Positions 1-10,226 of a DNA stretch of 64,000 nt are shown one piece after another. The number at the start of each line of letters is the position of its first letter. The first letter of the stretch is position 1. This stretch comes from an uncultured Rickettsiales bacterium (lineage in GTDB: Bacteria; Pseudomonadota; Alphaproteobacteria; Rickettsiales; UBA1997). Location: NCBI GenBank assembly GCA_905478165.1, contig CAJQHK010000010.1:789-64788 (forward strand). Reading direction: 5' to 3'. The notes under the pieces were generated by a model. It was not told where the DNA came from and made no database searches. It saw nothing but the letters and a program-made list of their open reading frames with translations. A program made the translations under genes and the position numbers.

Positions 1-1385
1 ACAGTTGCGGATTTATTTGGAGGTAATATTATCTGATTATTTACATTGTAACCACTATTATATATAACAGAACAATCATTATTATAGTTTACTAAACTGT
101 ATTTATCATCATTCGACACAGTACTACCTGTCCCTAAATAAGAAGGATCACCAGCTAATACTCCACCATCCTCAGAACCATCACTATTATTCAATATGGC
201 ACCACCATATTTACCAAGATTTTTAGGATGAGTAATGTCATAATCAGAAATATTGTATTTTTCAGCATATGTTTTAACAGCATAATTTTTAATTTTTGAA
301 ATTAATGCTTGATCTAGATTTTCAACATTATCATTACTAATAGACCTCCTCTTAAGGTTTTCATAAAACCCCGTTTTATTGTAATTCTCAGCATAACAAT
401 TTGTAACTAAATCTTCCTTACTAAATGTACCTCCTTCACTTTTCAAAGCTCCATAAATCCCACCACCCCAATTTTTACCCTCCACACCAGAAGAAAAGCA
501 TTTCCACAACCTAGGATCGGGATCTATTGGGTAATCTCCTATTGCTCTTTCATTTTCGGTGGCACCAGATGAAGCAATATAACCCTTTGGAAATTCCTGA
601 ATATATGCATAAAGACGAGAAAATCCTATATGAGCATCTTTTTCCCAAGTAGATGATAGAGATGTCGGACTGCCCGATGATGCCTTAATTTTACCACTTA
701 CCATAAAAATAGCATCATCTCCCGCTGAAACATCATAAGCAGAAGGTGATAAGAGGTCATCTTTTTGCATATATTGATGACCGATTGCCGATTCATATTT
801 GTAATTAGCTCCAAAAAAAGCAATGATAGGATTAACATCTCCTCCAAAAGAAATATCTCCAGCCGCTTTAATAAAAATTTTAGTATTACGATTTAATTTT
901 AATCCAGATGTAGAAGCAACTGTTTTTAAGGTGGTACGCTCCCAAGAGGAATTTGATAAGGAAGATTGAAGCTGTTCCCGAGCTTGACAAATTATTTCAG
1001 CCTCTTTAAAACAACTCATCTTATTTTCATTAGGAAAACTATCTAAGTCATAACCTGTGCACCCCAGATTATCTAGAAGGTCATAAGAAGCAGAAGATAG
1101 CATATTGCCAAGATTATTATTCTCAGTAAGGGTTGGAGTATCTTCAATCATTGACCAATCACAACCCGAAGACGGGACTCCACTAACATCCAAGGTAACA
1201 ATTTCAGTATCGTAGGCGCCGTAATCTTCTGGATCAATGCAGCCGCTACCACAAGCAGAAACTACGAATATCAGGATGAATATTAAGTAGCGTCCGTTTT
1301 TAATAAAAATACACTTATTGCTTGAGGCTTTTCTTAGTGATAAAAATGGTAGGGTTACATTTTTGAATTTTTGAAAAAAATTCAT
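1..1385 (-). CDS. hypothetical lipoprotein, N-terminal 461 codons only (C-terminus lies beyond the window start)
   Basis: Absent from the ORF track because it runs off the edge. I checked every minus-strand codon from the ATG at 1385 down to position 3 and found no stop. The N-terminus MNFFQKFKNVTLPFLSLRKASSNKCIFIKNGRYLIFILIFVVSAC-GSGCIDPEDYG has a hydrophobic signal plus a lipobox-like VSAC. No family recognised. Confidence 0.6.
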   Translation of the reverse strand, partial: MNFFQKFKNVTLPFLSLRKASSNKCIFIKNGRYLIFILIFVVSACGSGCIDPEDYGAYDTEIVTLDVSGVPSSGCDWSMIEDTPTLTENNNLGNMLSSASYDLLDNLGCTGYDLDSFPNENKMSCFKEAEIICQAREQLQSSLSNSSWERTTLKTVASTSGLKLNRNTKIFIKAAGDISFGGDVNPIIAFFGANYKYESAIGHQYMQKDDLLSPSAYDVSAGDDAIFMVSGKIKASSGSPTSLSSTWEKDAHIGFSRLYAYIQEFPKGYIASSGATENERAIGDYPIDPDPRLWKCFSSGVEGKNWGGGIYGALKSEGGTFSKEDLVTNCYAENYNKTGFYENLKRRSISNDNVENLDQALISKIKNYAVKTYAEKYNISDYDITHPKNLGKYGGAILNNSDGSEDGGVLAGDPSYLGTGSTVSNDDKYSLVNYNNDCSVIYNSGYNVNNQIILPPNKSAT

Positions 1386-1394
1386 GAAGTAAAG

Positions 1395-3212
<1,818 letters not shown>

Positions 3213-3224
3213 TTAATAAACTCA

Positions 3225-3337
3225 TAATACCAATTCCTACTTATAACACTAGATGCAAAATAATATAAACTAGCCTAATATCCTAGATCATTTTTTAGAA
3301 ATTTTAACCTTAAAATATTTCACTATATAACGCATTG
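3225..3337 (-). repeat. Family A dispersed repeat, copy A1 (in the thiC leader)
   Basis: The minus-strand reading begins aatgcgttatatagtgaaatattttaaggttaaaat and ends tataagtaggaattggtattatgag. These ends match copies A2 and A3. Confidence 0.65.
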
Positions 3338-3473
3338 TAAATGAGAATTGGTACTATTTAAACATTAAATGAGTTTAAGATCAACCAATTACTTTTATAA
3401 AATAAATATATTTTCTTTGATTTTTCTTAAAATGATTTTTACCATTAGATTTTAATAAAAAATTCTAAAAATA

Positions 3474-4475
3474 ATGATAAAAAATACAGTAATTAATGGT
3501 CTTGGCAGAATAGGAAAAGCAGTTTTAAGGGCAAAATTTGAAGAAAATTATGATGACATTAATATTGTAGCTATTAATTCTTCAGCAACAACCGACAGAA
3601 TTATCCATCAAATTAAATATGACTCAATTCACGGTATTTTTAATAAAAAAATTACCAAAAAATCAGAAAATATTATCGACATAGAAGGTCACGAAATTCA
3701 AATTGTTAGAGGCAGAAATCCTGAAGAATTACCTTGGGATAAGTTAAAAGTTGACATTGTTTTTGAGTGTACCGGAGCTTTTAAAACTATTACAGACAAC
3801 AATAGACATTTAAAAGGGGGTGCTAAAAAAGTAATTATCTCAGCCCCAGCAAAAGATAAGGAAATAAAAACTATAATTTATGGCGTGAATGATAAAATTC
3901 TAGACCAAAATGATCAAATTATTTCAATTGGGTCTTGCACCACCAACTGCCTAGCACCGATAGTTAAGATTCTAAATGATGAAATTGGCATTGAAAAAGG
4001 CTTCATGACAACAATTCACGCCTACACTAATGATCAAAATATTGTTGACGCTAATCATAAAGACCCAAGAAGAGCAAGATCTGCCGGCCTCTCAATGGTC
4101 CCAACCTCAACTGGCGCAGCCTCTGCTATTGGGATAGTTCTGCCCGAATTAAAAGGTAAGTTAGATGGAGGAGCTATCAGAGTCCCAACCCCAAACGTTT
4201 CAATGGTTGATCTTAATTTTATTGCTAAAAGGGCAGTTTGTGTTGATGAGATCAATTCTTTAATGTTACGAAAATCAAAAGAAGGAAAAATGAATAAAAT
4301 CTTACAATATGTCGATGAACCCTTAGTTTCTATTGATTTTAACCATAATCCATATAGCTCTTGCTTTGATTCCACTCAAACCAAAGTTATTGATAATTTA
4401 GTAAAAATTTGTTCTTGGTACGATAATGAGTGGGGGTTTTCAGTCAGAATGCTTGATGTAGCAAGAATTCTATAA
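3474..4475 (+). CDS. gap: glyceraldehyde-3-phosphate dehydrogenase
   Basis: 333 aa, with the INGLGRIGKAVLRA NAD-binding N-terminus and the SCTTNCLAP active-site motif. Confidence 0.93.
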   Translation: MIKNTVINGLGRIGKAVLRAKFEENYDDINIVAINSSATTDRIIHQIKYDSIHGIFNKKITKKSENIIDIEGHEIQIVRGRNPEELPWDKLKVDIVFECTGAFKTITDNNRHLKGGAKKVIISAPAKDKEIKTIIYGVNDKILDQNDQIISIGSCTTNCLAPIVKILNDEIGIEKGFMTTIHAYTNDQNIVDANHKDPRRARSAGLSMVPTSTGAASAIGIVLPELKGKLDGGAIRVPTPNVSMVDLNFIAKRAVCVDEINSLMLRKSKEGKMNKILQYVDEPLVSIDFNHNPYSSCFDSTQTKVIDNLVKICSWYDNEWGFSVRMLDVARIL

Positions 4476-4498
4476 TATCATTCGATCCCTAATAGGAT

Positions 4499-4603
4499 TA
4501 TTTGGAATCTAAAACCTTCCTTGATATCGTTCTATCTTTTTAACTTTGAGATACTTACTTACCTTAAGTGAGTCGCGCCTTTCAATTTAAAATAATGAAA
4601 AAA
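4499..4603 (+). repeat. Family C repeat, copy C1
   Basis: About 80% identical over roughly 100 nt to the reverse complement of 56835-56949. Shared string: ggaatctaaaa..ttgatat.gttctat.tttttaacttt..a.act.actta..ttaagtgag. Contains a conserved hairpin, cttactta/taagtgag. Confidence 0.7.
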
Positions 4604-4631
4604 TCCCTGTAGCGATCTATACGGAAGGGAT
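4597..4631 (-). terminator. candidate intrinsic terminator downstream of rlmE
   Basis: Minus strand reads atccct-N17-agggat followed by tttttcattatttt. It lies about 15 nt after the rlmE stop. The stem is short, so support is only moderate. Confidence 0.4.
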
Positions 4632-4644
4632 CAATAAAATATTA

Positions 4645-5325
4645 TTAGTTTTTTAGCACAAACCCCAGTGCCACAATGTAATCCTCTTTCGACTCTTTCC
4701 TTGATGATTTAGGCTTAAAATGCTTAACCACCTCAAAATTATCTTTAAGTTTCTTAAATAGTTCCTGTTCCGAACCACCTTGAAAACTTTTTCCAATAAA
4801 AACACCGCCCTCTTTAAGAAATTTAATGGCAAAATCCAAGCAATCATCAAGTAAAGATATAATCCTTATGTGATCAGTTGCCACGTCGCCACAAGTATTT
4901 TGAGCCATGTCACTCATAATAATATCGCATTTTTTACGATTTTTAAAATCCTTCTTTAGAATATTTTCAATAATCTGAATGATATCTGGGTCAGTAAAAT
5001 CTTGTTGAATAAATTTTACCCCCTCAATCTCTTCAATTTCTAATAAATCGAGGGCCAAAATATTGCCTGAACTTTTTTCAGAGGCAATTTGACTCCAGCC
5101 ACCGGGAGCGGCACCAAGATCAATAATCATCTTATTTTTTTTAAAAATTTTAAACTTTTCATCAATTTCAATAATTTTAAAAGCAGCCCGAGAACGATAA
5201 TTAAGCATTTTTGCTTGCTTAACATAAGGATCATTAATCTGCCTTGAAAGCCATCTTGCCGAAGAATTCGTTCTACCTCTTGCAGTTTTTAACTTGGTAA
5301 ATCTATTTCTTATATTTTTTTGCAT
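4645..5325 (-). CDS. rlmE: 23S rRNA (uridine-2'-O)-methyltransferase RlmE/FtsJ
   Basis: 226 aa, DLGAAPGGWSQ SAM-binding motif, FtsJ-like length and layout. Confidence 0.9.
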   Translation of the reverse strand: MQKNIRNRFTKLKTARGRTNSSARWLSRQINDPYVKQAKMLNYRSRAAFKIIEIDEKFKIFKKNKMIIDLGAAPGGWSQIASEKSSGNILALDLLEIEEIEGVKFIQQDFTDPDIIQIIENILKKDFKNRKKCDIIMSDMAQNTCGDVATDHIRIISLLDDCLDFAIKFLKEGGVFIGKSFQGGSEQELFKKLKDNFEVVKHFKPKSSRKESKEDYIVALGFVLKN

Positions 5326-5482
5326 CTTCTATTAGCATTACTGGTATATTATCTTCAATCGGATAGGCTAAATTACACTTTTGGCAAATTATTTTATCTT
5401 CCTTTTGAATAATTCCATTTTTACAAATTGGACAAGCGAGGATTTCTAGTAACTTTGAATCCAATTTAGAGTTCTGGTTCAT
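5303..5482 (-). CDS. Trm112/YcaR (UPF0434) family small zinc-ribbon protein
   Basis: Hand-translated 59-aa ORF, below the track cutoff: MNQNSKLDSKLLEILACPICKNGIIQKEDKIICQKCNLAYPIEDNIPVMLIEDAKKYKK. The pattern LLEIL.CP.CK...C..C...YPI.D.IPVML is the family signature as I recall it. Its stop overlaps the rlmE start by about 23 nt. Confidence 0.75.
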   Translation of the reverse strand: MNQNSKLDSKLLEILACPICKNGIIQKEDKIICQKCNLAYPIEDNIPVMLIEDAKKYKK

Positions 5483-5560
5483 TTTTTTATTAATATTTGA
5501 CTCAAATAATTTTCAAGATTATAGTCGTAATTTCGGAGATTGCAATTTTAAACAGGGTTT

Positions 5561-6421
5561 GTGTTAAACAAAATATATCAAAAATTTAAAAAGGTTGGAA
5601 ACCTTCAAAATCTGTTATCTCGTATTTTTCAATCGCTAAAATACTCTGTCAGAGATACTATCCTCCATGATGGCGTAGAACATGCTGGATATCTAGCGTT
5701 TTTATTTATTTTATCATTATTTCCATTTTTAATTTTTTTAGTCTCAATTGCTTCAATTATTGGCAATTCAGAAACTGGAACCAATCTTATCAGCCTACTA
5801 TTTGACTCTATTCCGCCAAAATTTCTATCTTCCGTCAAAACAAGAATTGATGAAATCACCTCAGGCCCACCACAAAGCGTGTTGACAATTGCTTTTATTG
5901 GCATCCTCTGGACGGCATCTTCGGCAATTGAAGGCATCAGAACCATTCTTAATCGAGCTTATCGCATCGACTCTCCTCCGGCATATATTTGGCGCAGATT
6001 AATGAGTATAGTACAATTTATATTGTTTGTGTTGGTCATTATTACCTTAACTACCGCCTTTGTAACGTTTAGCATATTTAGTATTTTTGATATATTTCAT
6101 ATTGACACAAATTGGATATATTTGAAAAAAATTCTTATCACCTTAGTCTCCATTAAAATGATTGCCTTCATTTATTATATTATTCCAAACGCTAGGCAAA
6201 AAGTAAAAAACACCCTACCTGGAGCACTTATTTGCGTAATTTTATTTTGGCTAATATTACAATTATTTGTTCTATATTTACAAAACTTTAATCAATTTAA
6301 TTTATTATATGGTAGTTTAGCGGGAATAATTGCAACTTTAATGTTCTTTTTTCTGGTAGGACTTGCATTCATAACAGGTGCTGAATTTAATTATCATTTT
6401 AATAATAAAAAACAAAAATGA
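5561..6421 (+). CDS. YihY/BrkB family (ribonuclease BN-like) inner membrane protein
   Basis: 286-aa polytopic membrane protein. The HDGVEHAGYLAFLFILSLFPFLIF block and overall layout are typical of YihY family members. Confidence 0.75.
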   Translation: MLNKIYQKFKKVGNLQNLLSRIFQSLKYSVRDTILHDGVEHAGYLAFLFILSLFPFLIFLVSIASIIGNSETGTNLISLLFDSIPPKFLSSVKTRIDEITSGPPQSVLTIAFIGILWTASSAIEGIRTILNRAYRIDSPPAYIWRRLMSIVQFILFVLVIITLTTAFVTFSIFSIFDIFHIDTNWIYLKKILITLVSIKMIAFIYYIIPNARQKVKNTLPGALICVILFWLILQLFVLYLQNFNQFNLLYGSLAGIIATLMFFFLVGLAFITGAEFNYHFNNKKQK

Positions 6422-7788
6422 AATTACCCGAATGGCCATCACCAAAAGGATATAGAGATATAAAATTCGGCCTCGATAGAGTATATGATCTACTGGAGAG
6501 GTTAGGAAATCCGCATTACCTATTGCCACCAACAATTCATATCGCCGGAACTAATGGTAAAGGATCAAACATTGCCTATCTTGATGCGATCTTTACTGAC
6601 GCCGGCTACAAAACTCACAAATACATCTCGCCACATCTAGTAGAATTTAATGAAAGAATTATTCTTGCCGGAAAAGAAATTACCGATGATTACTTAACTC
6701 AGATTTTAAATGAATGTAAAAAAGCTGCCGAAATAGAGCCAAAAATTAACGTAACTTTTTTTGAAGGAATAACAATCGCAGCCTTTTTGGCATTTTCTAA
6801 AATTGAGGCCGATATTTTATTACTAGAAGTTGGTATGGGCGGAAGATTAGATGCTACTAATGTAATTTTAGATCCAATAGCAACTATTATCACTCCGATA
6901 TCCAATGATCATCAAGAATTTTTAGGAAATTCGCTAGCAAAAATTGCCTTTGAAAAAGCTGGAATTATTAAAGAAGGTGTTCCTGTAATAATTGGTAAAC
7001 AAAAAGATGAGGCTTTAAAAATTTTAACTCATATTGCTCAAAAGAAAAATTGCCCCCTCTACATTTTAGGAAGAGATTGGGACGTTACCGATGATGGTAA
7101 TAAAATCAAAATGAATATCAATGATCACAAGCTAAAACTGCCCCCACCAGCACTAGTAGGACGTCACCAAATAGAAAATGCCAGCACTGCGATTGCTGCA
7201 ATTTTATCGCAAAACTCTCTTGAAGTCTCTGATCTCAATTTATTTCACGGTCTTAAACAAGTTAAGTGGCCAGCCAGGCTTGAAAAAATTAAATCTGGTA
7301 AACTAGTAAACAAATTAATTAAAAATTTTGATATTTACCTTGATGGTGGTCACAATGAAAATTCCTCTCAAGCCGTTAATAATTGGCTAATTAAAGAGAA
7401 CATGAAATTGATTAAGAGAAATATTAAGCCACCACCGACTTATCTTGTATGCGCTATGCTTGAAAATAAAAATATTTTTCGCTTCCTAAAATATCTCTCA
7501 GGCAGTGTTGATTTTGTAATAGGTATGGCAATTAAAGATGAAAACCAAACAAAAACAGCAGAAAAAATTGCCAAAAATGCTCTAGAAGTTGGTATTGTTG
7601 CCATAGACGCTAAAGACTTTACTGAAGCATTTCATTATATTAAGATGATAGATGAGGATAAGAAGAAGAAAGGCTTTCTTAGAAAATTAAATCCATTTAA
7701 GAAAAACAATAAGGCTAGAATTTTAATTTGTGGATCACTATATTTTGCCGGTCAATTCATGGAAGAAAATGCAGAAAAAGAAAGATAA
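6418..7788 (+). CDS. folC: bifunctional folylpolyglutamate synthase / dihydrofolate synthase
   Basis: 456 aa with the HIAGTNGKGS P-loop of the Mur-ligase/FolC family. Its start overlaps the upstream stop (ATGA). Confidence 0.9.
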   Translation: MKLPEWPSPKGYRDIKFGLDRVYDLLERLGNPHYLLPPTIHIAGTNGKGSNIAYLDAIFTDAGYKTHKYISPHLVEFNERIILAGKEITDDYLTQILNECKKAAEIEPKINVTFFEGITIAAFLAFSKIEADILLLEVGMGGRLDATNVILDPIATIITPISNDHQEFLGNSLAKIAFEKAGIIKEGVPVIIGKQKDEALKILTHIAQKKNCPLYILGRDWDVTDDGNKIKMNINDHKLKLPPPALVGRHQIENASTAIAAILSQNSLEVSDLNLFHGLKQVKWPARLEKIKSGKLVNKLIKNFDIYLDGGHNENSSQAVNNWLIKENMKLIKRNIKPPPTYLVCAMLENKNIFRFLKYLSGSVDFVIGMAIKDENQTKTAEKIAKNALEVGIVAIDAKDFTEAFHYIKMIDEDKKKKGFLRKLNPFKKNNKARILICGSLYFAGQFMEENAEKER

Positions 7789-7888
7789 AGAACAGACTAA
7801 GAAAGAGAAGTTGCAATCTGCTCTTCGTCAAAATCTGTTACGTCGTAAATTATCGGACAATAAAAATAACAAAAATAAAACAAAATGA
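7769..7888 (+). CDS. possible 39-aa Lys/Arg-rich small protein
   Basis: Hand-translated as MQKKKDKEQTKKEKLQSALRQNLLRRKLSDNKNNKNKTK. The ATG lies inside the last codons of folC and the TGA overlaps the pheA ATG (ATGA). Not in the track because it is under 60 aa. Confidence 0.3.
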   Translation: MQKKKDKEQTKKEKLQSALRQNLLRRKLSDNKNNKNKTK

Positions 7889-8730
7889 ATAAAATAGCTT
7901 TCCAAGGGTCTTTTGGCGCTTACTCACATTTAGCCTGTAATGAATTTTATCCAGATTATGAATCAATAAATTACAGAAGCTTTAAAGATGTGTTTCAAGC
8001 CGTAATTGATGAAGAGGTGGATTACGGAATTCTTCCTCTAGAAAATTCATATGCTGGACGAGTTTCTGAAATTCATAACCTTTTACAAAATAGCAATCTA
8101 TTTATTGCTGCCGAGCATTTTCTTAAAATTGAACATAATTTAGTAGCTCCCAGGAGTAGTAAAATTTCTGATATTAAAAAAATCTACTCCCACCCTCAGG
8201 CTTTAATGCAATGTAGCGAAAATATTAACAAAAATATTGAACAAATTAGCTATAGCAACACAGCTGATGCAGCAGCCTTTATTGCCAATCAAAACGATAA
8301 AACGTTGGGAGCAATTTGTTCTAAATATGCAGCAAAAATTCATAATTTAGAAATTTTGCAAGAAAATATGCAGGACACTAAAAATGATAATATGACTATT
8401 TTTATGGTTATTTCTAAAAAATGTATCACGCCAGATCCAAATAAAAAAATTATTACCACACTTTCTTTTACAATTCGTAATATTTCAGGCGCTCTATACA
8501 AGTCTCTTGGCGGTTTTGCCACCAACAATATTAACATGATTAAGCTTGAAAGCTACATTCCCGGAGGCATCTCTCAACAAGCTAAATTTTTTATTTCAAT
8601 TGAAGGGAGTCCAGAAGATAGGAATGTTGCCCTGGCACTTAGTGAGTTAGGATTTTTTTCAAAAACAACTAAATTAATTGGCATTTACAACGCCGACCCA
8701 ACAAGGTTTAATACTAGCTCCAACTTATAA
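7885..8730 (+). CDS. pheA: prephenate dehydratase (monofunctional, with C-terminal ACT domain)
   Basis: 281 aa. N-terminal IAFQGSFGAYSH, a PDT domain followed by an ACT-like C-terminus. Confidence 0.88.
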   Translation: MNKIAFQGSFGAYSHLACNEFYPDYESINYRSFKDVFQAVIDEEVDYGILPLENSYAGRVSEIHNLLQNSNLFIAAEHFLKIEHNLVAPRSSKISDIKKIYSHPQALMQCSENINKNIEQISYSNTADAAAFIANQNDKTLGAICSKYAAKIHNLEILQENMQDTKNDNMTIFMVISKKCITPDPNKKIITTLSFTIRNISGALYKSLGGFATNNINMIKLESYIPGGISQQAKFFISIEGSPEDRNVALALSELGFFSKTTKLIGIYNADPTRFNTSSNL

Positions 8731-8883
8731 TGCGTTATATAGTAAAATATTTCAAGGTCAAGAATGTCAAAAAAGGATTACCTTACGCTCATAAGGTGCA
8801 TAGCTTTTTGGTAATTAGAAACTTAAAAGATACAGCTAAATCACGTTATTACTTATCCAACATTATAGGTAGAAATTGGCATG
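8729..8883 (+). repeat. Family A dispersed repeat, copy A2 (leader of the MFS transporter gene)
   Basis: Begins aatgcgttatatagtaaaatatttcaaggt at the pheA stop codon and ends cattataggtagaaattggcat, 24 nt before the ATG at 8903. Confidence 0.65.
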
Positions 8884-10126
8884 TTATCAATCTCTATCTT
8901 TAATGCGACTAAGAAATAAAAATCTAATCTCCTATTCTCTTCTCGCTTTTTGCCTAGCCTTCATGGGTTTACCACTATATATTTACTTACCTAATTATTA
9001 TGCTGATAATTTTGATATTACCCTACAAAATATCGCCTTAATATTATTTGCAACTAGATTAATAGATACCGTTCAAGATCCAATCTTTGGCTTGATTAGC
9101 GACAAATATTCCCATTTAAAAAGAAAAATAATTTTCTACCTCTCTCCTATTATGGGGTTTTCATTTTTACTATTATTTCACCCTTTAGATTTTTTAAATA
9201 TTCATCTTTGGTTAATAATTTTTTTAATTATTACTTTTAGTTTATTTAGCGCTATTTACATAAATTATCAATCCTATTCAGTTAATTTTAGTCGAGACTA
9301 TCACGTAAAAACAAAAATTATTGCATATCGCGAAATAGCCTTTATTTCCGGCATTATATTTGCGGCCCTTATCCCTTCTGTTTTATTTAAAATTTTTGAT
9401 GAGGTGACCAGCTTTCTTATAATAGGGTTTATTTATTTTATTTTAACAATTGTCTTTTCCTTAATTTTTTACTTTTTTGCTCCAAAAAATAATCACCAAA
9501 TTAAACAAAAACCTAACTTTAAAGAAATCTTTAACAACAAAACTCTTAGAAAATTTGCATTGGTCTTCCTATTTAACATGCTCGCATCTGTTGTTCCAGC
9601 GATATTAATTATATTTTTTTTTGAAAAAATATTAGATGCTAAAAATTTGGTTGGAATATTTTTGCTTCTTTATTTTACAGGATTAATGGTAGGTACCATA
9701 CTTTGGTCAAAATTATCAAAAATTCTTAACAACAAGTCTAGAACTTGGCTTATTTCCATGTCCCTAACCCTGCCTATATTTAGTTTTTGTTATTTTTTAG
9801 GTAATGGTAATATAATTTATTATGGCGTAATTTGTATTCTTTCTGGAATTTCCTTTGGCGGTGATTTTGCCCTAGCCTACTCTATTTTAACTGATATTAT
9901 TCAAAAAGATAAATTAGAGAATAACCAAACAATTATTTTTGGATTTTGTAATTTTATTATAAAAATTTCTCTGACCTTAATTTCTTCTGTTTTAATTTAT
10001 TTTATAGGTTTTTTTGAAAATAATACATCCTTACAAGATAATTTTATCTCATTTTCTTACGCCTTATTGCCAATATTTTTTCGAATAATTGCCGGCTCCA
10101 TACTTTATAAAAATTTTAAGAAATAA
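8876..10126 (+). CDS. MFS transporter, GPH (glycoside-pentoside-hexuronide:cation symporter)-like
   Basis: Protein with about 12 TM segments and an RLIDTVQDPIFGLISDK motif (R..D...DP..G..SD) typical of the MelB/GPH family. The TTG start in the track lies inside repeat A2. The ATG at 8903 (MRLRNKN..) is the more likely start. Confidence 0.7.
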   Translation: MACYQSLSLMRLRNKNLISYSLLAFCLAFMGLPLYIYLPNYYADNFDITLQNIALILFATRLIDTVQDPIFGLISDKYSHLKRKIIFYLSPIMGFSFLLLFHPLDFLNIHLWLIIFLIITFSLFSAIYINYQSYSVNFSRDYHVKTKIIAYREIAFISGIIFAALIPSVLFKIFDEVTSFLIIGFIYFILTIVFSLIFYFFAPKNNHQIKQKPNFKEIFNNKTLRKFALVFLFNMLASVVPAILIIFFFEKILDAKNLVGIFLLLYFTGLMVGTILWSKLSKILNNKSRTWLISMSLTLPIFSFCYFLGNGNIIYYGVICILSGISFGGDFALAYSILTDIIQKDKLENNQTIIFGFCNFIIKISLTLISSVLIYFIGFFENNTSLQDNFISFSYALLPIFFRIIAGSILYKNFKK

Positions 10127-10160
10127 ATACAGCCTGGCAAATATGATACTATTAAGAAGC

Positions 10161-10184
10161 GCAAATGTTGCACTATAAATAAGC
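10161..10184 (+). repeat. Family D repeat core, copy D1 (degenerate)
   Basis: gcaaatgttgcactataaataagc matches the aaatgttgcattatag core of D2 to D4. Confidence 0.45.
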
Positions 10185-10226
10185 TTTAGTAATAATCTAA
10201 GATTCACCTATTTAATTTTAGAAATT

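Noticed and set aside
8876-8902. TTG start codons used by the ORF track at 8876 and 27066 (MACYQSLSL.. and MAYIPLT..).
   Set aside because: Both TTGs are the same position of the Family A 3' motif (gaaaTTGgcat), so the shared 'start' is a repeat artefact. In-frame ATGs follow at 8903 and 27087, and the latter begins a canonical signal peptide. I kept the track coordinates but flagged the likely starts.
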